From IMG/VR virus record IMGVR_UViG_3300021958_000023, positions 96,001 through 160,000 of that record: 64,000 nucleotides of DNA. One strand, written 5' to 3'. Made by a program: the position numbers and the translations under genes. How positions within the stretch are numbered: the first letter of the stretch is position 1; each line of letters opens with the position of its first letter. Shown here in pieces: positions 1 through 9,137 of this stretch. The stretch is from a virus (taxonomy: Duplodnaviria > Caudoviricetes). The notes beneath the pieces were generated by a model. It ran no database searches and was not told the origin of the DNA. It saw only the letters and a list, made by a program, of their open reading frames with translations.

Positions 1-1
1 T

Positions 2-250
2 AAAAGAACTACTACAATTAACGCAGTTTGGTATCCAAAAATACCTGATCCTACAGGAACTCTAGCTATTAGAGAAGGAGAAGCTGTAGACGAAATACAA
101 GTAAAAGAAGGCTTTATTTATTTTTTTCCTTACTGGCTCGATCATAAACCTATGCCTCAAAAAAATTCTGATGATTGGAGAGTTAGTATTAATTTAGAAT
201 TATTAACAGTAACTAGGCCTTTATACCCACCAACACAAACTTTATGGTAA
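2..250 (+). CDS. 2OG-Fe(II) oxygenase family protein, C-terminal fragment (5' end outside window)
   Basis: Not in ORF track. Frame 2 is open from the window edge: KRTTTINAVWYPKIP...GFIYFFPYWLDHKPMPQKNSDDWRVSINLE...TLW*. FP-x-WL-x-H...R-x-S-I-N is the distal His/RxS motif of 2OG oxygenases. Confidence 0.7.
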   Translation, partial: KRTTTINAVWYPKIPDPTGTLAIREGEAVDEIQVKEGFIYFFPYWLDHKPMPQKNSDDWRVSINLELLTVTRPLYPPTQTLW

Positions 251-254
251 AACT

Positions 255-2084
255 ATGTCAATCATTTTAAAAGAACTGAATTTCTCTAATATGTTTAGTT
301 ATGGAGAAAATAATAAAATTACTTTTAATAATAATAGAATTACTCAATTAACTGCTCCTAATGGTAGTGGAAAATCTAGTATTGCTCTTATATTACAAGA
401 AGTCTTATTCAATAAAAACATAAAAGGAATTAAAAAAGGAGATATTCTTAACAGATATTCAAAAGTTAAGAATTGGGATGCTAATCTAACTTTTACAGCA
501 AACGAAAAAGACTATCAAGTTGAAGTGAAAAGAACAGGAGCAGCAACAAAAGTAAAATTTTTAGCAGGTAATGAAGACTTAACCGAACATAAAGTGTTAG
601 ACACTTATAAAAAAATACAAGAAGTAGTAGGGTTAGATTTTGAAGTTTTTTCTCAACTAACCTATCAGTCTTCTACAGACTTGTTAGAGTTTTTAAAAGC
701 AACAGACACTAATCGTAAAAAGTTTCTAATTAATCTTTTTAACTTAGAAAAATATATTGCAATTGGAGAAGCAATTAAAGTAAAACTCAATGCGTCAGAC
801 AGAGAGCAACTTAAGCTAGAAGGAGAGCTAAAAGGCATTGATGAGTTTATTAGTACAGCTCATATTGATGAAGAAAAAGAACTAATTGACATTCCTTCTA
901 TAGATGATAATCTAAGAAATAAAGTAGCAAGACTAGAAAATGATCTTGCTGATTACAATGACCTTTGTAAAAAAATAGATAGAAATAATCTTTTAATAGA
1001 AGAAAGAGAGTCTTTAGTATTCAATGTATCTTTAAAAGAGCCAGACTATAGAGAATACGAACAAACGCAATCCGAAATTACAAAAGTTCAGAGTAATATT
1101 CAAAGTATCGACTCTGATATTAAAAAAGCAAATGCTTCATTATCAGATTTAGACACAGCAGACACGTGTTACGCGTGTGGTCAACCTCTTGATAACTCTC
1201 ATGCTGTTCAAATGAAAGAAAGACTTTCGTCTGATATAAATGATTTTACACAATATAGAAACGTAGATCGAGAAAAATTATCTGAGTTAAAAATTCGTAA
1301 AAATGAGATTCAATCAGAAATTGATGCGTTTTTAATTAATCAAAAAGCGAGTGAGAGATTCGAAAATCTTTCTCAGATAATCGATTTTTCTTTACAAACT
1401 AATTATCCAGACTATTCTGAGATTAAAGAAAGTTTAACTAATACTCAAACAGAATTAAAAAAACAAGAAAAAAATTATCAAGATGCTGTAGATCACAATG
1501 AGCAAGTGAAGATCTTTAATACAAAAATAGAAGCTCTCAGAGAGCAAAAAAGACAATTTTTAAATAGACGAAAGCTCCTGAACGATGATATAATTTCTTT
1601 ACAATTAAAAAATAAACACTTAAACATTCTCAAAAAAGCTTTCAGCACTACAGGCATTGTTGCTTTTAAGTTAGAGAATTTAACAAAAGAATTAGAAGAA
1701 CAAATTAATTTATATTTGGCTGAGTTATCTGATGGACAATTTCAAGTTGTTTTTAGATTAACAGGTGAAAAGCTAAATATTATCGTAGTGAACAATGGAG
1801 TAGACACACCTATAGAAACCGTTTCAAGCGGTGAATTTAGTAGAATCCAAACATCAATACTTTTAGCCATTAGAAAGGTTATGTCCAAAATTGGAGGTAA
1901 TCATATAAATCTTTTATTTCTTGATGAGATAACTGGAGTGCTTGATGAAGAAGGAAAAGAGAAACTAATAGAAGTGTTACAAGAAGAATATGGGTTAAAT
2001 GTATTTCTAATATCCCATGATTTTACACATCCATTAATAGATAAAATACAAATTAAAAAAGAAAACAATATAAGCAGTATTTAG
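255..2084 (+). CDS. SbcC/Rad50-like recombination exonuclease ATPase subunit (T5 D13 / T4 gp46-like)
   Basis: Walker A APNGSGKS, coiled coil with CYAC zinc hook, signature VSSGE, Walker B LFLDE, ISH motif. Confidence 0.92.
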   Translation: MSIILKELNFSNMFSYGENNKITFNNNRITQLTAPNGSGKSSIALILQEVLFNKNIKGIKKGDILNRYSKVKNWDANLTFTANEKDYQVEVKRTGAATKVKFLAGNEDLTEHKVLDTYKKIQEVVGLDFEVFSQLTYQSSTDLLEFLKATDTNRKKFLINLFNLEKYIAIGEAIKVKLNASDREQLKLEGELKGIDEFISTAHIDEEKELIDIPSIDDNLRNKVARLENDLADYNDLCKKIDRNNLLIEERESLVFNVSLKEPDYREYEQTQSEITKVQSNIQSIDSDIKKANASLSDLDTADTCYACGQPLDNSHAVQMKERLSSDINDFTQYRNVDREKLSELKIRKNEIQSEIDAFLINQKASERFENLSQIIDFSLQTNYPDYSEIKESLTNTQTELKKQEKNYQDAVDHNEQVKIFNTKIEALREQKRQFLNRRKLLNDDIISLQLKNKHLNILKKAFSTTGIVAFKLENLTKELEEQINLYLAELSDGQFQVVFRLTGEKLNIIVVNNGVDTPIETVSSGEFSRIQTSILLAIRKVMSKIGGNHINLLFLDEITGVLDEEGKEKLIEVLQEEYGLNVFLISHDFTHPLIDKIQIKKENNISSI

Positions 2085-2094
2085 AGGATTTGAA

Positions 2095-4386
2095 ATGACT
2101 ATTAACGTAACTAAAAGAGACGGAACTACTGAACCTTTAGACATTGAAAAACTACATAAAGTAGTATTCTTTGCTTGTGAGGATATTGCAGGAGTATCTG
2201 CTAGCGAAGTTGAGATGCATAGTCAGTTACAATTCTATGATGGGATAAAATCTTCTGACATACAAGAAACACTTATTAAAAGTGCTGCTGATTTGATTTC
2301 TGAAGAGACGCCTAACTATCAACACGTTGCTGGTAGACTTATTACTTATCATTTAAGAAAAATGGTTTATAATCAGTATGAACCTTGGGATCTTACTGAT
2401 CTAGTAGAAAAAAATATTGAAAGAGGTTTTTATGATTCAAACATTGTAGAAAGTTATTCTAAAAAAGAATTTGAATTATTAAATAAATATATTAAACATA
2501 AAAGAGATGAAATATTAACCTATGCTGCAATGGAGCAGTTTAGAGGAAAGTATCTAGTTCAAAATAGAGTTACAGGAGAGATTTATGAAACTCCTCAAAT
2601 GGCTTATATGTTAATTGCTATGACACTATTTATGGATTATCCAAAAGATACTAGAATTAAATGGGTGAAAGATTATTATGATGCAATATCTACCTTTGAT
2701 ATTAGTCTTCCTACTCCTGTTATGGCAGGTGTACGAACTCCACAACGACAATTTTCTTCCTGTGTCCTTATTGAGACAGATGATTCGTTGGACTCTATTA
2801 ATGCTACTACTAGCTCTATTGTTAAATATGTCAGTCAAAAAGCTGGCATCGGCATCGGAGCAGGAAGCATTCGAGCACTTGGAAGTCCAATTAGAAGCGG
2901 AGACGCTTACCATACAGGAGTTGTTCCATTTTATAAAATGTTTCAAGCAGCAACTAGATCCTGCTCTCAAGGAGGAGTGCGAAACGGAGCAGCTACCTTA
3001 TACTATCCCATTTGGCACTTGGAAGTTGAAGACTTGTTAGTATTAAAAAATAATAAAGGTACTGAAGACAATAGGGTACGTCATATGGATTATGGAGTAC
3101 AGTTTAATAAACTTATGTACGAAAGATTGCTAGAAGGGGGTGATATCACACTATTCTCTCCATCTGACGTCCCACACCTTTATAATTCTTTTTTTAATGA
3201 TCAAGAACTATTTAAAATTGTATATGAAAAGGCAGAAAAAAATCCTGCAATTAGAAAGAAAACAATTAAGGCAATTGATCTATTTTCTTCTTTTATTGAA
3301 GAAAGGAAAAACACAGGTCGCATTTATCTTATGAATGTTGATCATGCTAATACTCATTCTTCTTTTGATGAAAAAACTGCCCCTGTACATCAGTCTAATC
3401 TTTGTTGTGAGATTGATTTACCCACAAAACCATTAAATGATTTTAATGATGAAGAAGGTGAGATTGCATTATGTACTCTTAGTGCGATTAACTGGGGTAA
3501 TATTAAAAAACCCGAAGACTTTGAAAAACCTTGTGAATTAGCAGTTCGTGGATTAGATGCGTTGCTTGATTATCAAAACTACCCAGTAAAGGCGGCATAT
3601 AATTCAACCATGAAACGCAGGCCTTTAGGTATTGGCATTATCAATTTAGCGTATTGGTTAGCTAAAAATAACACTACTTATCAAAATCCAGATCTTGAAT
3701 TAGTTGATGAATATGCCGAAGCATGGAGTTATTATCTAATTAGAGCCTCTCATAAACTAGCACAAGAAAAAGAACCTTGTACAGCGTTTAGAGAAACAAA
3801 ATATTCAGAAGGTATTTTACCTATAGATACTAGAAAAAGAGAAGTTGATGAATTAGTAGAGCATAAAGAAAGATTTAATTGGGAAATACTAAGAATGCAA
3901 CTAAGAAATGATGGTATTCGTAATTCAACATTAATGGCACTCATGCCAGCTGAAACATCTGCTCAAATTTCTAATGCTACTAACGGTATTGAACCACCTC
4001 GTTCTTTTGTATCAGTAAAACAATCAAAAGACGGAGTGTTAAAACAAGTAGTTCCAGGTATTCATAAACTCAAAAAGAAATATGATTTACTATGGGATCA
4101 AAAATCTCCAGAAGGATACCTTAAAATATGTGCTATCTTACAAAAATATATTGATCAAGGTATTTCAGTAAATACCTCATATAACCCACAACATTTTGAA
4201 GATGAAAAAATTCCAATGAGTGTTATGTTACAGCATTTGTTAATGTTTTATAAGTATGGAGGAAAACAGCTATACTATTTCAATACCTTTGATGGACAAG
4301 GAGAAATAGATATCAATAAACTAAATGAAGAACTTCCTCTTGAAGATTTAGATGATGAAGCAGCTTGTGAAAGTTGTGTAATTTAG
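2095..4386 (+). CDS. nrdA: Ribonucleoside-diphosphate reductase class Ia, alpha subunit
   Basis: N-terminal ATP cone (VTKRDG), PTPVMAG, FSSCVL, SNLCCEI active site, C-terminal CESC pair; E. coli NrdA-like throughout. Confidence 0.97.
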   Translation: MTINVTKRDGTTEPLDIEKLHKVVFFACEDIAGVSASEVEMHSQLQFYDGIKSSDIQETLIKSAADLISEETPNYQHVAGRLITYHLRKMVYNQYEPWDLTDLVEKNIERGFYDSNIVESYSKKEFELLNKYIKHKRDEILTYAAMEQFRGKYLVQNRVTGEIYETPQMAYMLIAMTLFMDYPKDTRIKWVKDYYDAISTFDISLPTPVMAGVRTPQRQFSSCVLIETDDSLDSINATTSSIVKYVSQKAGIGIGAGSIRALGSPIRSGDAYHTGVVPFYKMFQAATRSCSQGGVRNGAATLYYPIWHLEVEDLLVLKNNKGTEDNRVRHMDYGVQFNKLMYERLLEGGDITLFSPSDVPHLYNSFFNDQELFKIVYEKAEKNPAIRKKTIKAIDLFSSFIEERKNTGRIYLMNVDHANTHSSFDEKTAPVHQSNLCCEIDLPTKPLNDFNDEEGEIALCTLSAINWGNIKKPEDFEKPCELAVRGLDALLDYQNYPVKAAYNSTMKRRPLGIGIINLAYWLAKNNTTYQNPDLELVDEYAEAWSYYLIRASHKLAQEKEPCTAFRETKYSEGILPIDTRKREVDELVEHKERFNWEILRMQLRNDGIRNSTLMALMPAETSAQISNATNGIEPPRSFVSVKQSKDGVLKQVVPGIHKLKKKYDLLWDQKSPEGYLKICAILQKYIDQGISVNTSYNPQHFEDEKIPMSVMLQHLLMFYKYGGKQLYYFNTFDGQGEIDINKLNEELPLEDLDDEAACESCVI

Positions 4387-4394
4387 GAGATATT

Positions 4395-4799
4395 ATGAAA
4401 AAATTACTTATGGTAGGGTTATTAATATCATCTCCTGCATTAGCAGAAGATGCTGTTATTAATGACCATTATAAAACAATTATAGAACAAAAACCTTATA
4501 CTGTTGAAATATGCAAAGATGTAGTAGTATCAGGAGATAAAACTAAAGATACCCTAATGGGTGCAATTATTGGCGGAGCAATTGGTAATAACGTTACTAA
4601 AAATGTAGACAATGGCGGAGCTGTTGGTGCATTGCTTGGTGGTATTATTGCTAATCAAAATAGCGATGCAAAAGACAGTATTCAAAAACAATGTCAATTA
4701 GAAACTAGATACCAAGAAGAAACTAAAGAAGTATATAGTCACAGCACTGTTACTTTTTGGTCAAATGGAAAAAAATATAACTTAAGATTTAATAGGTAA
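4395..4799 (+). CDS. Exported glycine-zipper 2TM domain protein
   Basis: AGGAG RBS before ATG 4395; signal peptide MKKLLMVGLLISSPALA; GAIIGGAIG...GAVGALLGG glycine zipper flanked by two Cys. Confidence 0.75.
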   Translation: MKKLLMVGLLISSPALAEDAVINDHYKTIIEQKPYTVEICKDVVVSGDKTKDTLMGAIIGGAIGNNVTKNVDNGGAVGALLGGIIANQNSDAKDSIQKQCQLETRYQEETKEVYSHSTVTFWSNGKKYNLRFNR

Positions 4800-4803
4800 G
4801 AGG

Positions 4804-5982
4804 ATGTCAGTTTTAAACACAAAGAAAAATGATCACACAAAAGCACAAATGTTTTTTGATGAAGAAGAACTAGGTATGCAAAGATATGATACTCTCAAGT
4901 ATCGCGCATTTGATAAACTAACCGATAAACAGCTTGGTTTTTTCTGGAGACCAGAAGAAGTAGATATATTACGTGATGCGGCAGATTTTAAAAATCTATC
5001 AGAACACGAACAGCATATTTTTACAGCTAATCTAAAAAGACAAATTGTTTTAGACTCTGTACAAGGTAGATCTCCTAATCTTGCGTTTCTTCCTGTAGTT
5101 ACAATACCAGAATTAGAAACTTGGATTGAAACCTGGTCTTTTTCAGAAACTATACATAGCCGTTCTTATACACATATTATTCGTAATGTATATCCAAACC
5201 CATCAAAAGTGTTTGATGAACTGATGGATATTCAAGAAATAGTAGACTGTGCTTCTTCAATTTCAAAACACTATGATGATTTGCTTGAGATGACACAGTG
5301 GTACAAAATACTAGGAACAGGAGTACATAAAGTACAAACTCTTGGAAAGACTAACTATGTTGATGGTAAACCGATCTCTGTAGAGTCAAAATATACAGTA
5401 AAAGATATTAGTTTAAAAGAATTAAAAAGAAAATTATATTTATGTATGGCTAGTGTAAATATTCTTGAAGGTGTTCGTTTTTACGTTTCATTCGCGTGTT
5501 CTTGGGCATTTGCAGAACTAAAAAAGATGGAAGGCAATGCTAAAATTATTAAACTGATTGCCCGTGATGAAAATGTACATCTTGGTTCGACTCAACAAAT
5601 TCTTAAGCTGTTGCCACAAGATGATCCAGATTTTGCTAAAATTGCAAAAGAGTGTGAAGAAGAAATTGTGCAAATGTTTGTAGAAGCTATTGAACAAGAA
5701 AAAGAATGGGCAGATTATCTATTTAAAGACGGCTCTATGATCGGTCTTAATGCCCAACTGCTTAAAGACTATATTGAATGGATCGGTAATAAACGTATGA
5801 TAGCGATCGGATTAACTTCTCCTTACAATGTTCCAAGAGCAAATCCTCTACCGTGGACACAAAAATGGATTTCAGGAGCAGAAGTACAGGTAGCACCACA
5901 GGAAACTGAAATCTCTAGTTATGTTATCGGCGGCACTAAACAAGATATTAATCAAAACACTTTTAAAGGATTTTCACTATGA
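4804..5982 (+). CDS. nrdB: Ribonucleoside-diphosphate reductase class Ia, beta subunit
   Basis: FFWRPEEVD, LDSVQGR, ETIHSRSYTH (radical Tyr), EGVRFYVSFAC, RDENVH, APQETEISSY. Confidence 0.97.
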   Translation: MSVLNTKKNDHTKAQMFFDEEELGMQRYDTLKYRAFDKLTDKQLGFFWRPEEVDILRDAADFKNLSEHEQHIFTANLKRQIVLDSVQGRSPNLAFLPVVTIPELETWIETWSFSETIHSRSYTHIIRNVYPNPSKVFDELMDIQEIVDCASSISKHYDDLLEMTQWYKILGTGVHKVQTLGKTNYVDGKPISVESKYTVKDISLKELKRKLYLCMASVNILEGVRFYVSFACSWAFAELKKMEGNAKIIKLIARDENVHLGSTQQILKLLPQDDPDFAKIAKECEEEIVQMFVEAIEQEKEWADYLFKDGSMIGLNAQLLKDYIEWIGNKRMIAIGLTSPYNVPRANPLPWTQKWISGAEVQVAPQETEISSYVIGGTKQDINQNTFKGFSL

Positions 5983-6203
5983 AAGCTATAATTTATTCAA
6001 CACCTGTATGTGGATATTGTCAGATGGCAAAAACACTTATGCAAAAACATAATATTGAATATGAAGAATTTACAGTTGGAAAAGATATTACTAAAGAAGA
6101 GCTAGTAGAAAAGCTTGGGAAGGAAATAAGATCAGTCCCTCAGATTTTAGTTGACAATAATTATGTAGGAGGTTATACTGAATTATCAAAACTATTGGGG
6201 TAA
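5979..6203 (+). CDS. Glutaredoxin
   Basis: CGYC active site, SVPQI, YVGGY; overlaps the nrdB stop. Confidence 0.92.
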   Translation: MKAIIYSTPVCGYCQMAKTLMQKHNIEYEEFTVGKDITKEELVEKLGKEIRSVPQILVDNNYVGGYTELSKLLG

Positions 6204-6209
6204 TTTAGT

Positions 6210-6656
6210 ATGGCAAGTAAAAGTAAAATAAAGGGTGGAGCGTATGAATCAAAAATACGAGACATCTTAACAAAAGAACTTAAAATAGAATTTAAACGTA
6301 TGCCACTCAGTGGGTCAATCGAGTATCTAAAGGGAGACCTTTGGACACCTTTTGATACTGCTGCGTGGCCTTACTGTATAGAGTGTAAACACTATGCAGA
6401 AGTAAATTGGAATAATCTTTTAACAGCTAAATCAACTGAGATATATCAATTTTGGAAACAGACTGTTAGAGAAGCAGAGGTGATGAAAAAGAAACCTCTA
6501 CTAATCTATCGTTGGAATCGCTCTAAAGATTTTATTTGTTGGGATGATGATTTAGAAATAGATCACTATGTTTATGTTAATGCTTTTGAACATAAGTTTA
6601 AGATGGGACTACTTTCTGATTGGTTAGATCAGTACAAAAAGTTAAATAAGATTTGA
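6210..6656 (+). CDS. Holliday junction resolvase-like PD-(D/E)XK nuclease (T5 D14-like)
   Basis: SKIKGGAYE...PLSG...KGDL...IECKHY motif set; position between D13-like and D15-like genes as in T5. Confidence 0.8.
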   Translation: MASKSKIKGGAYESKIRDILTKELKIEFKRMPLSGSIEYLKGDLWTPFDTAAWPYCIECKHYAEVNWNNLLTAKSTEIYQFWKQTVREAEVMKKKPLLIYRWNRSKDFICWDDDLEIDHYVYVNAFEHKFKMGLLSDWLDQYKKLNKI

Positions 6657-6681
6657 CCAGTGCCTATCTTTGTGCTATTAT
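6653..6681 (+). promoter_or_regulatory. Sigma70-type promoter upstream of flap endonuclease
   Basis: TTGACC-N17-TATTAT with extended -10 TG. Confidence 0.6.
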
Positions 6682-6710
6682 TACTTATAACATAAAGATG
6701 GAGAGTTCAC

Positions 6711-7565
6711 ATGAACGATGTAAAAGGTTGGAATGATCTTGCAGAGATGCAGGAAGATTATAGTAATGGAAATAATTTACTATTAGTAGACGGTAACAAT
6801 CTAGCTTATCGCTGGATTCAAAGACGTAATTATGATAGTTTTAGTGATGACTATATCAAAACTATTGAAAGTTTAGGTAAAAGCTATTCAGCTGGTCGTA
6901 TTATTGTATGTTTTGATTTTGGAAAAAGCTACTTTCGCTCAGATATGAGTGATGAGTATAAATCAACACGTAAAAAACCAAAAGAACCAGAAGAAATCGC
7001 AAAGTATCAGGCATTCTTTGATTGCTTAAATATGACATATGAAAATTTGCCTTTTGATAAGATGAAATATAGAGGTATTGAGGCTGACGACCTTATTACA
7101 TATTTTGTTGAGAGTTGTAAACAAGACTATGATCACACTTGGATTATCTCATCAGATAGAGATTTGTATCAACTATTAGATAGCAATGTTTCCATCTTTA
7201 ATATGTTTTCTCGCAAAGAGATTGATCTAGACTACTTAGATGAAACTTTTGATATTAGTCCAGAACTATATCTATTTTCTCGATATATCGAGGGTGATAA
7301 ATCTGACGCCATTTTTGGAGTAGAAGGAATTGGTCCAAAGCGCGCTCAAGCTCTTGCAAAAGAATATGAAACACTAGATAATCTTATTGCTGCGCTACCT
7401 CTAAAAGGTCGTTCTAAATATATTCATAATCTAAACGATAGTGAAGAACTCTTAAAAAAGAATGAACGTATGATTAATCTAAAACGGTATAACAAAGATG
7501 CTGTTCTTGCAGGAAAAGACGGCGAAGAAGTATGGAAGGAACTACAAAACCATGTCAACAGTTGA
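6711..7565 (+). CDS. Flap endonuclease / 5'-3' exonuclease (T5 D15-like)
   Basis: LLVDGNNLAYR, EADD, SSDRDLYQL, GDKSD...GVEGIGPKRA helix-hairpin-helix. Confidence 0.93.
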   Translation: MNDVKGWNDLAEMQEDYSNGNNLLLVDGNNLAYRWIQRRNYDSFSDDYIKTIESLGKSYSAGRIIVCFDFGKSYFRSDMSDEYKSTRKKPKEPEEIAKYQAFFDCLNMTYENLPFDKMKYRGIEADDLITYFVESCKQDYDHTWIISSDRDLYQLLDSNVSIFNMFSRKEIDLDYLDETFDISPELYLFSRYIEGDKSDAIFGVEGIGPKRAQALAKEYETLDNLIAALPLKGRSKYIHNLNDSEELLKKNERMINLKRYNKDAVLAGKDGEEVWKELQNHVNS

Positions 7566-8091
7566 TATTAAAATCGAAACCACTGAACTAGCAGAGTTCT
7601 TAATCGACAGCCCGACTCACCCTAATATTAAAGAGTGGAAACTGTTTCAAAACTATCCACATGATGCGGGATTTGATCTTCGTGCCTGTATTAAAGACGG
7701 ATTATCTCTTAGACCAGGAGGATATCATTTATTCGGTACAGGAATGAAAGTAAAGCTTCCTATTGGATGGGAACTTCAAGTTCGTCCTCGTAGCGGTCTT
7801 GCACTAAAACACGGAATTACAGTATTAAACACGCCAGGAACTGTTGACTACTCTTATCGAAGTGAAATCGGTGTTATTTTGTATAATGCAGGCAAAGAAG
7901 CATTTAATATTTTTCCAGGCGACAGAATCGCACAAGCTTGCATTCGTGCTGTTCCAGAAGTTAAAATTGAGTATGGAAAAATTGAAGAAACAATTGAATC
8001 TGAAATGAAAGAAACAGGAACTGATCTTAAATCCGAAATGGCTGCAAAACTAGCACAAAAACGAGGAGGATTTGGATCCTCTGGAGTTTAA
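7552..8091 (+). CDS. dut: Trimeric dUTPase
   Basis: DAGFDL, RPRSGLA, GTVDYSYRSEI, GDRIAQ, RGGFGSSG; likely start at ATG 7552 after AAGGA. Confidence 0.93.
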   Translation: MSTVDIKIETTELAEFLIDSPTHPNIKEWKLFQNYPHDAGFDLRACIKDGLSLRPGGYHLFGTGMKVKLPIGWELQVRPRSGLALKHGITVLNTPGTVDYSYRSEIGVILYNAGKEAFNIFPGDRIAQACIRAVPEVKIEYGKIEETIESEMKETGTDLKSEMAAKLAQKRGGFGSSGV

Positions 8092-8119
8092 AAAAAAGAG
8101 GGCTAAGCCCTCTTTTTTT
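8091..8119. terminator. Bidirectional intrinsic terminator between convergent early/middle and late units
   Basis: Perfect inverted repeat AAAAAAAGAGGGC-TAA-GCCCTCTTTTTTT with the stop codons of both convergent genes at its edges. Confidence 0.9.
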
Positions 8120-9137
8120 ATACTTGAGTTCCGCCTACTCCACTTTCATGAATGTTAGCAACATCTCCAACTAAAGCGGAGTTAGTATCTGAAGAAAATG
8201 GAAATTTTTCAATCTCTGTACTATATGATGGAGTCTGTCCTGAAGAAACATAACCAAATGTAGTAGAAGAATGTCCTGCATGACCAAACCTTGTGCCTAC
8301 TAAACTGCCTACAGTAGCAGCATTAGTGTCAGAAGCAAAAGGGAATTTATCAATTCTATTTGTTGGCGAACTACCTCCTGCTGTATATCCGTGTGTGTCA
8401 GAAGACTGTCCTGTCATATTATATCGTGCAGCTGTTAAATTTCCAACAGATGTAGCGTTTCCATCAGAAGCAAATGAGTATTTTTGAATATATAAAGACG
8501 GTGAAGGAAATCCTCCAGAAGAGTATCCATGTGTAGAAGAATTTTGACCTGCTGCAATTCTCACCGAATTTACTAAACTTGCTATATTAGTAGCGGGAGA
8601 GTTAGCACTAAAGGGAAATTTATCAATAACTGTTGTGCCTGTTGGAGAATCAGGAGTACCAGTATTTCCCCCGGTATTATAACCGTTTGACTCAGAAGAA
8701 GACCCTGCTCCGCCTCTTCTTACAGTGGATAAATCTCCAACATCTGTTGAATTAGTATCAGAAGAAAAAGGAAAATTGTCGATTATATTATAATATGTTG
8801 CTCCTTCAGAACCTCCTGAAGTATATCCATGTGTAGAAGAAGACTGTCCAGTAACAAAAATTCTCTGCACTGATAAGTTTCCAACAAGTGAACCATCAGT
8901 ATCAGATGTAAAAGGAAATTTATCAGTGGTTAAGTCGCCTGATGAGTAACCAGCTACACTTCCTTGATAGTGAGGTGGCGGTGGCGGAGGATGATAAGCA
9001 CTAGGCCACCCTGTTACAAACCCGATAGTTGTATTACTAACAGAAGAACTAACATTAGCAGTACCAAATACAACATTTGATCCTGCGGTAACATTTTCTA
9101 CTTTCAAAGATCTAAAGTTAAATTTACGTAGTGTCAT
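8118..9137 (-). CDS. Kelch-like beta-propeller repeat protein, putative virion adhesin
   Basis: About six repeats of GYxxGG...I(D/E)KFPFSSDTN(S/A)TxVGxL; poly-Pro linker HPPPPPPH. Confidence 0.65.
   Translation of the reverse strand: MTLRKFNFRSLKVENVTAGSNVVFGTANVSSSVSNTTIGFVTGWPSAYHPPPPPPHYQGSVAGYSSGDLTTDKFPFTSDTDGSLVGNLSVQRIFVTGQSSSTHGYTSGGSEGATYYNIIDNFPFSSDTNSTDVGDLSTVRRGGAGSSSESNGYNTGGNTGTPDSPTGTTVIDKFPFSANSPATNIASLVNSVRIAAGQNSSTHGYSSGGFPSPSLYIQKYSFASDGNATSVGNLTAARYNMTGQSSDTHGYTAGGSSPTNRIDKFPFASDTNAATVGSLVGTRFGHAGHSSTTFGYVSSGQTPSYSTEIEKFPFSSDTNSALVGDVANIHESGVGGTQV

Noticed and set aside
2626-3944. Short ORFs overlapping nrdA (2626-2970, 2678-3040, 3140-3334, 3750-3944)
   Set aside because: Shadow or alternate-frame ORFs inside a well-conserved gene; no RBS or motifs.
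2095-5982. Intron or intein in nrdA/nrdB
   Set aside because: Both ORFs are uninterrupted and of normal length; no intein motifs.
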